In this document: piece by piece, positions 63,440 to 64,000 of the stretch
How positions within the stretch are numbered: the stretch's first letter is position 1
How the letters are laid out: each line of letters opens with the position of its first letter
From: Okamejei kenojei
Lineage: Eukaryota
Length of the DNA: 64,000 bases
Assembly (NCBI GenBank): GCA_035221665.1
Contig: CM069162.1
Span: 25,234,001-25,298,000, forward strand
Direction: 5' to 3'
The notes under the pieces: model-generated
The model's input: the letters and a program-made list of their open reading frames with translations, nothing else
What the model was told of the DNA's origin: nothing
Database searches by the model: none
Position numbers and translations under genes: made by a program

Positions 63440-64000
63440 CAACTCTCGCTTGGCAACTGTGGATACAGAGGGGTCAGAGGACAATCTCCACTGGCAAAGG
63501 GCTGTGGAAGGGAGGGAATCACCACGCTCAATGCTAAAACACACAGGATTTCTTTATTCTCCCATGTTTCATTACATCTCAGAAATCGCATTCTACATTG
63601 AAAAACTTGCCATATATGATAGAATGGTCGACTGGCTTGTAGTCACTGGAATTCAGAAGGATGAGAGGGATCCTAATAGAAACATATCCAATTCCTTAAA
63701 GATCGACAGGCTAGAATTGCAGGGAAAATGTTCCCGATTTTGGGGGAGTCCAGAACGAGGGGTCACAGTCTAGGGATAAGGGAAGGTCATTTAAACTGAA
63801 GTGAGAAAAAACATTTCAACCCGAGTGTTGTGAATCTATTGGAATTCTCTAGCCAGAATGGCAGTGGGGCCCAATATCCTGGATGTTTTATCAAGAGAGA
63901 GTTAGATTTGGCTTCTTAAGGCTAAAGGAATCAGGATATGGGAAAGATGATTGGACACTGATAATTCGATGATCAGCCATGATCATATTGAATGGTGGGT
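63440..64000 (+). mobile_element. CR1/HER1-type LINE fragment running off the window
   Basis: gagtccagaacgaggggtcacagtc...ggaattctct...gatgatcagccatgatcatattgaatgg. Confidence 0.8.

Overview
Eukaryotic, repeat-rich genomic DNA. The repeat families (HE1-type V-SINEs, HER1/CR1 LINE tails, Rex1-type LINEs, Penelope-like fragments) point to a cartilaginous fish, probably a skate or ray (inference). The whole window appears to lie inside a large Pax7 gene on the minus strand. Three coding exons are clear, with canonical splice sites and consistent phase: 36686-36484 (exon 5 equivalent, homeodomain helices 1-2), 19762-19597 (exon 6 equivalent, WFSNRR recognition helix) and 19156-18960 (exon 7 equivalent). 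I found neither the paired-domain exons (1-4) nor exons 8-9 in the window. Nearly all other ORFs in the track are spurious or retroelement debris. The most interesting signals are: (1) a CpG-rich promoter-like island at 54.3-55.1 kb, with a candidate first exon whose phase-1 donor would splice in frame to the homeodomain exon and give a paired-less Pax7; (2) a dispersed family of short Penelope-like inserts carrying minimal hammerhead-ribozyme cores, 13-15 bp target-site duplications and fold-back structure; (3) a nested Harbinger-type MITE; (4) several repeat-free intronic blocks with clustered developmental transcription-factor motifs. There are four N gaps, and the sequence around the 500-N gap at 60.8-61.3 kb looks low quality.
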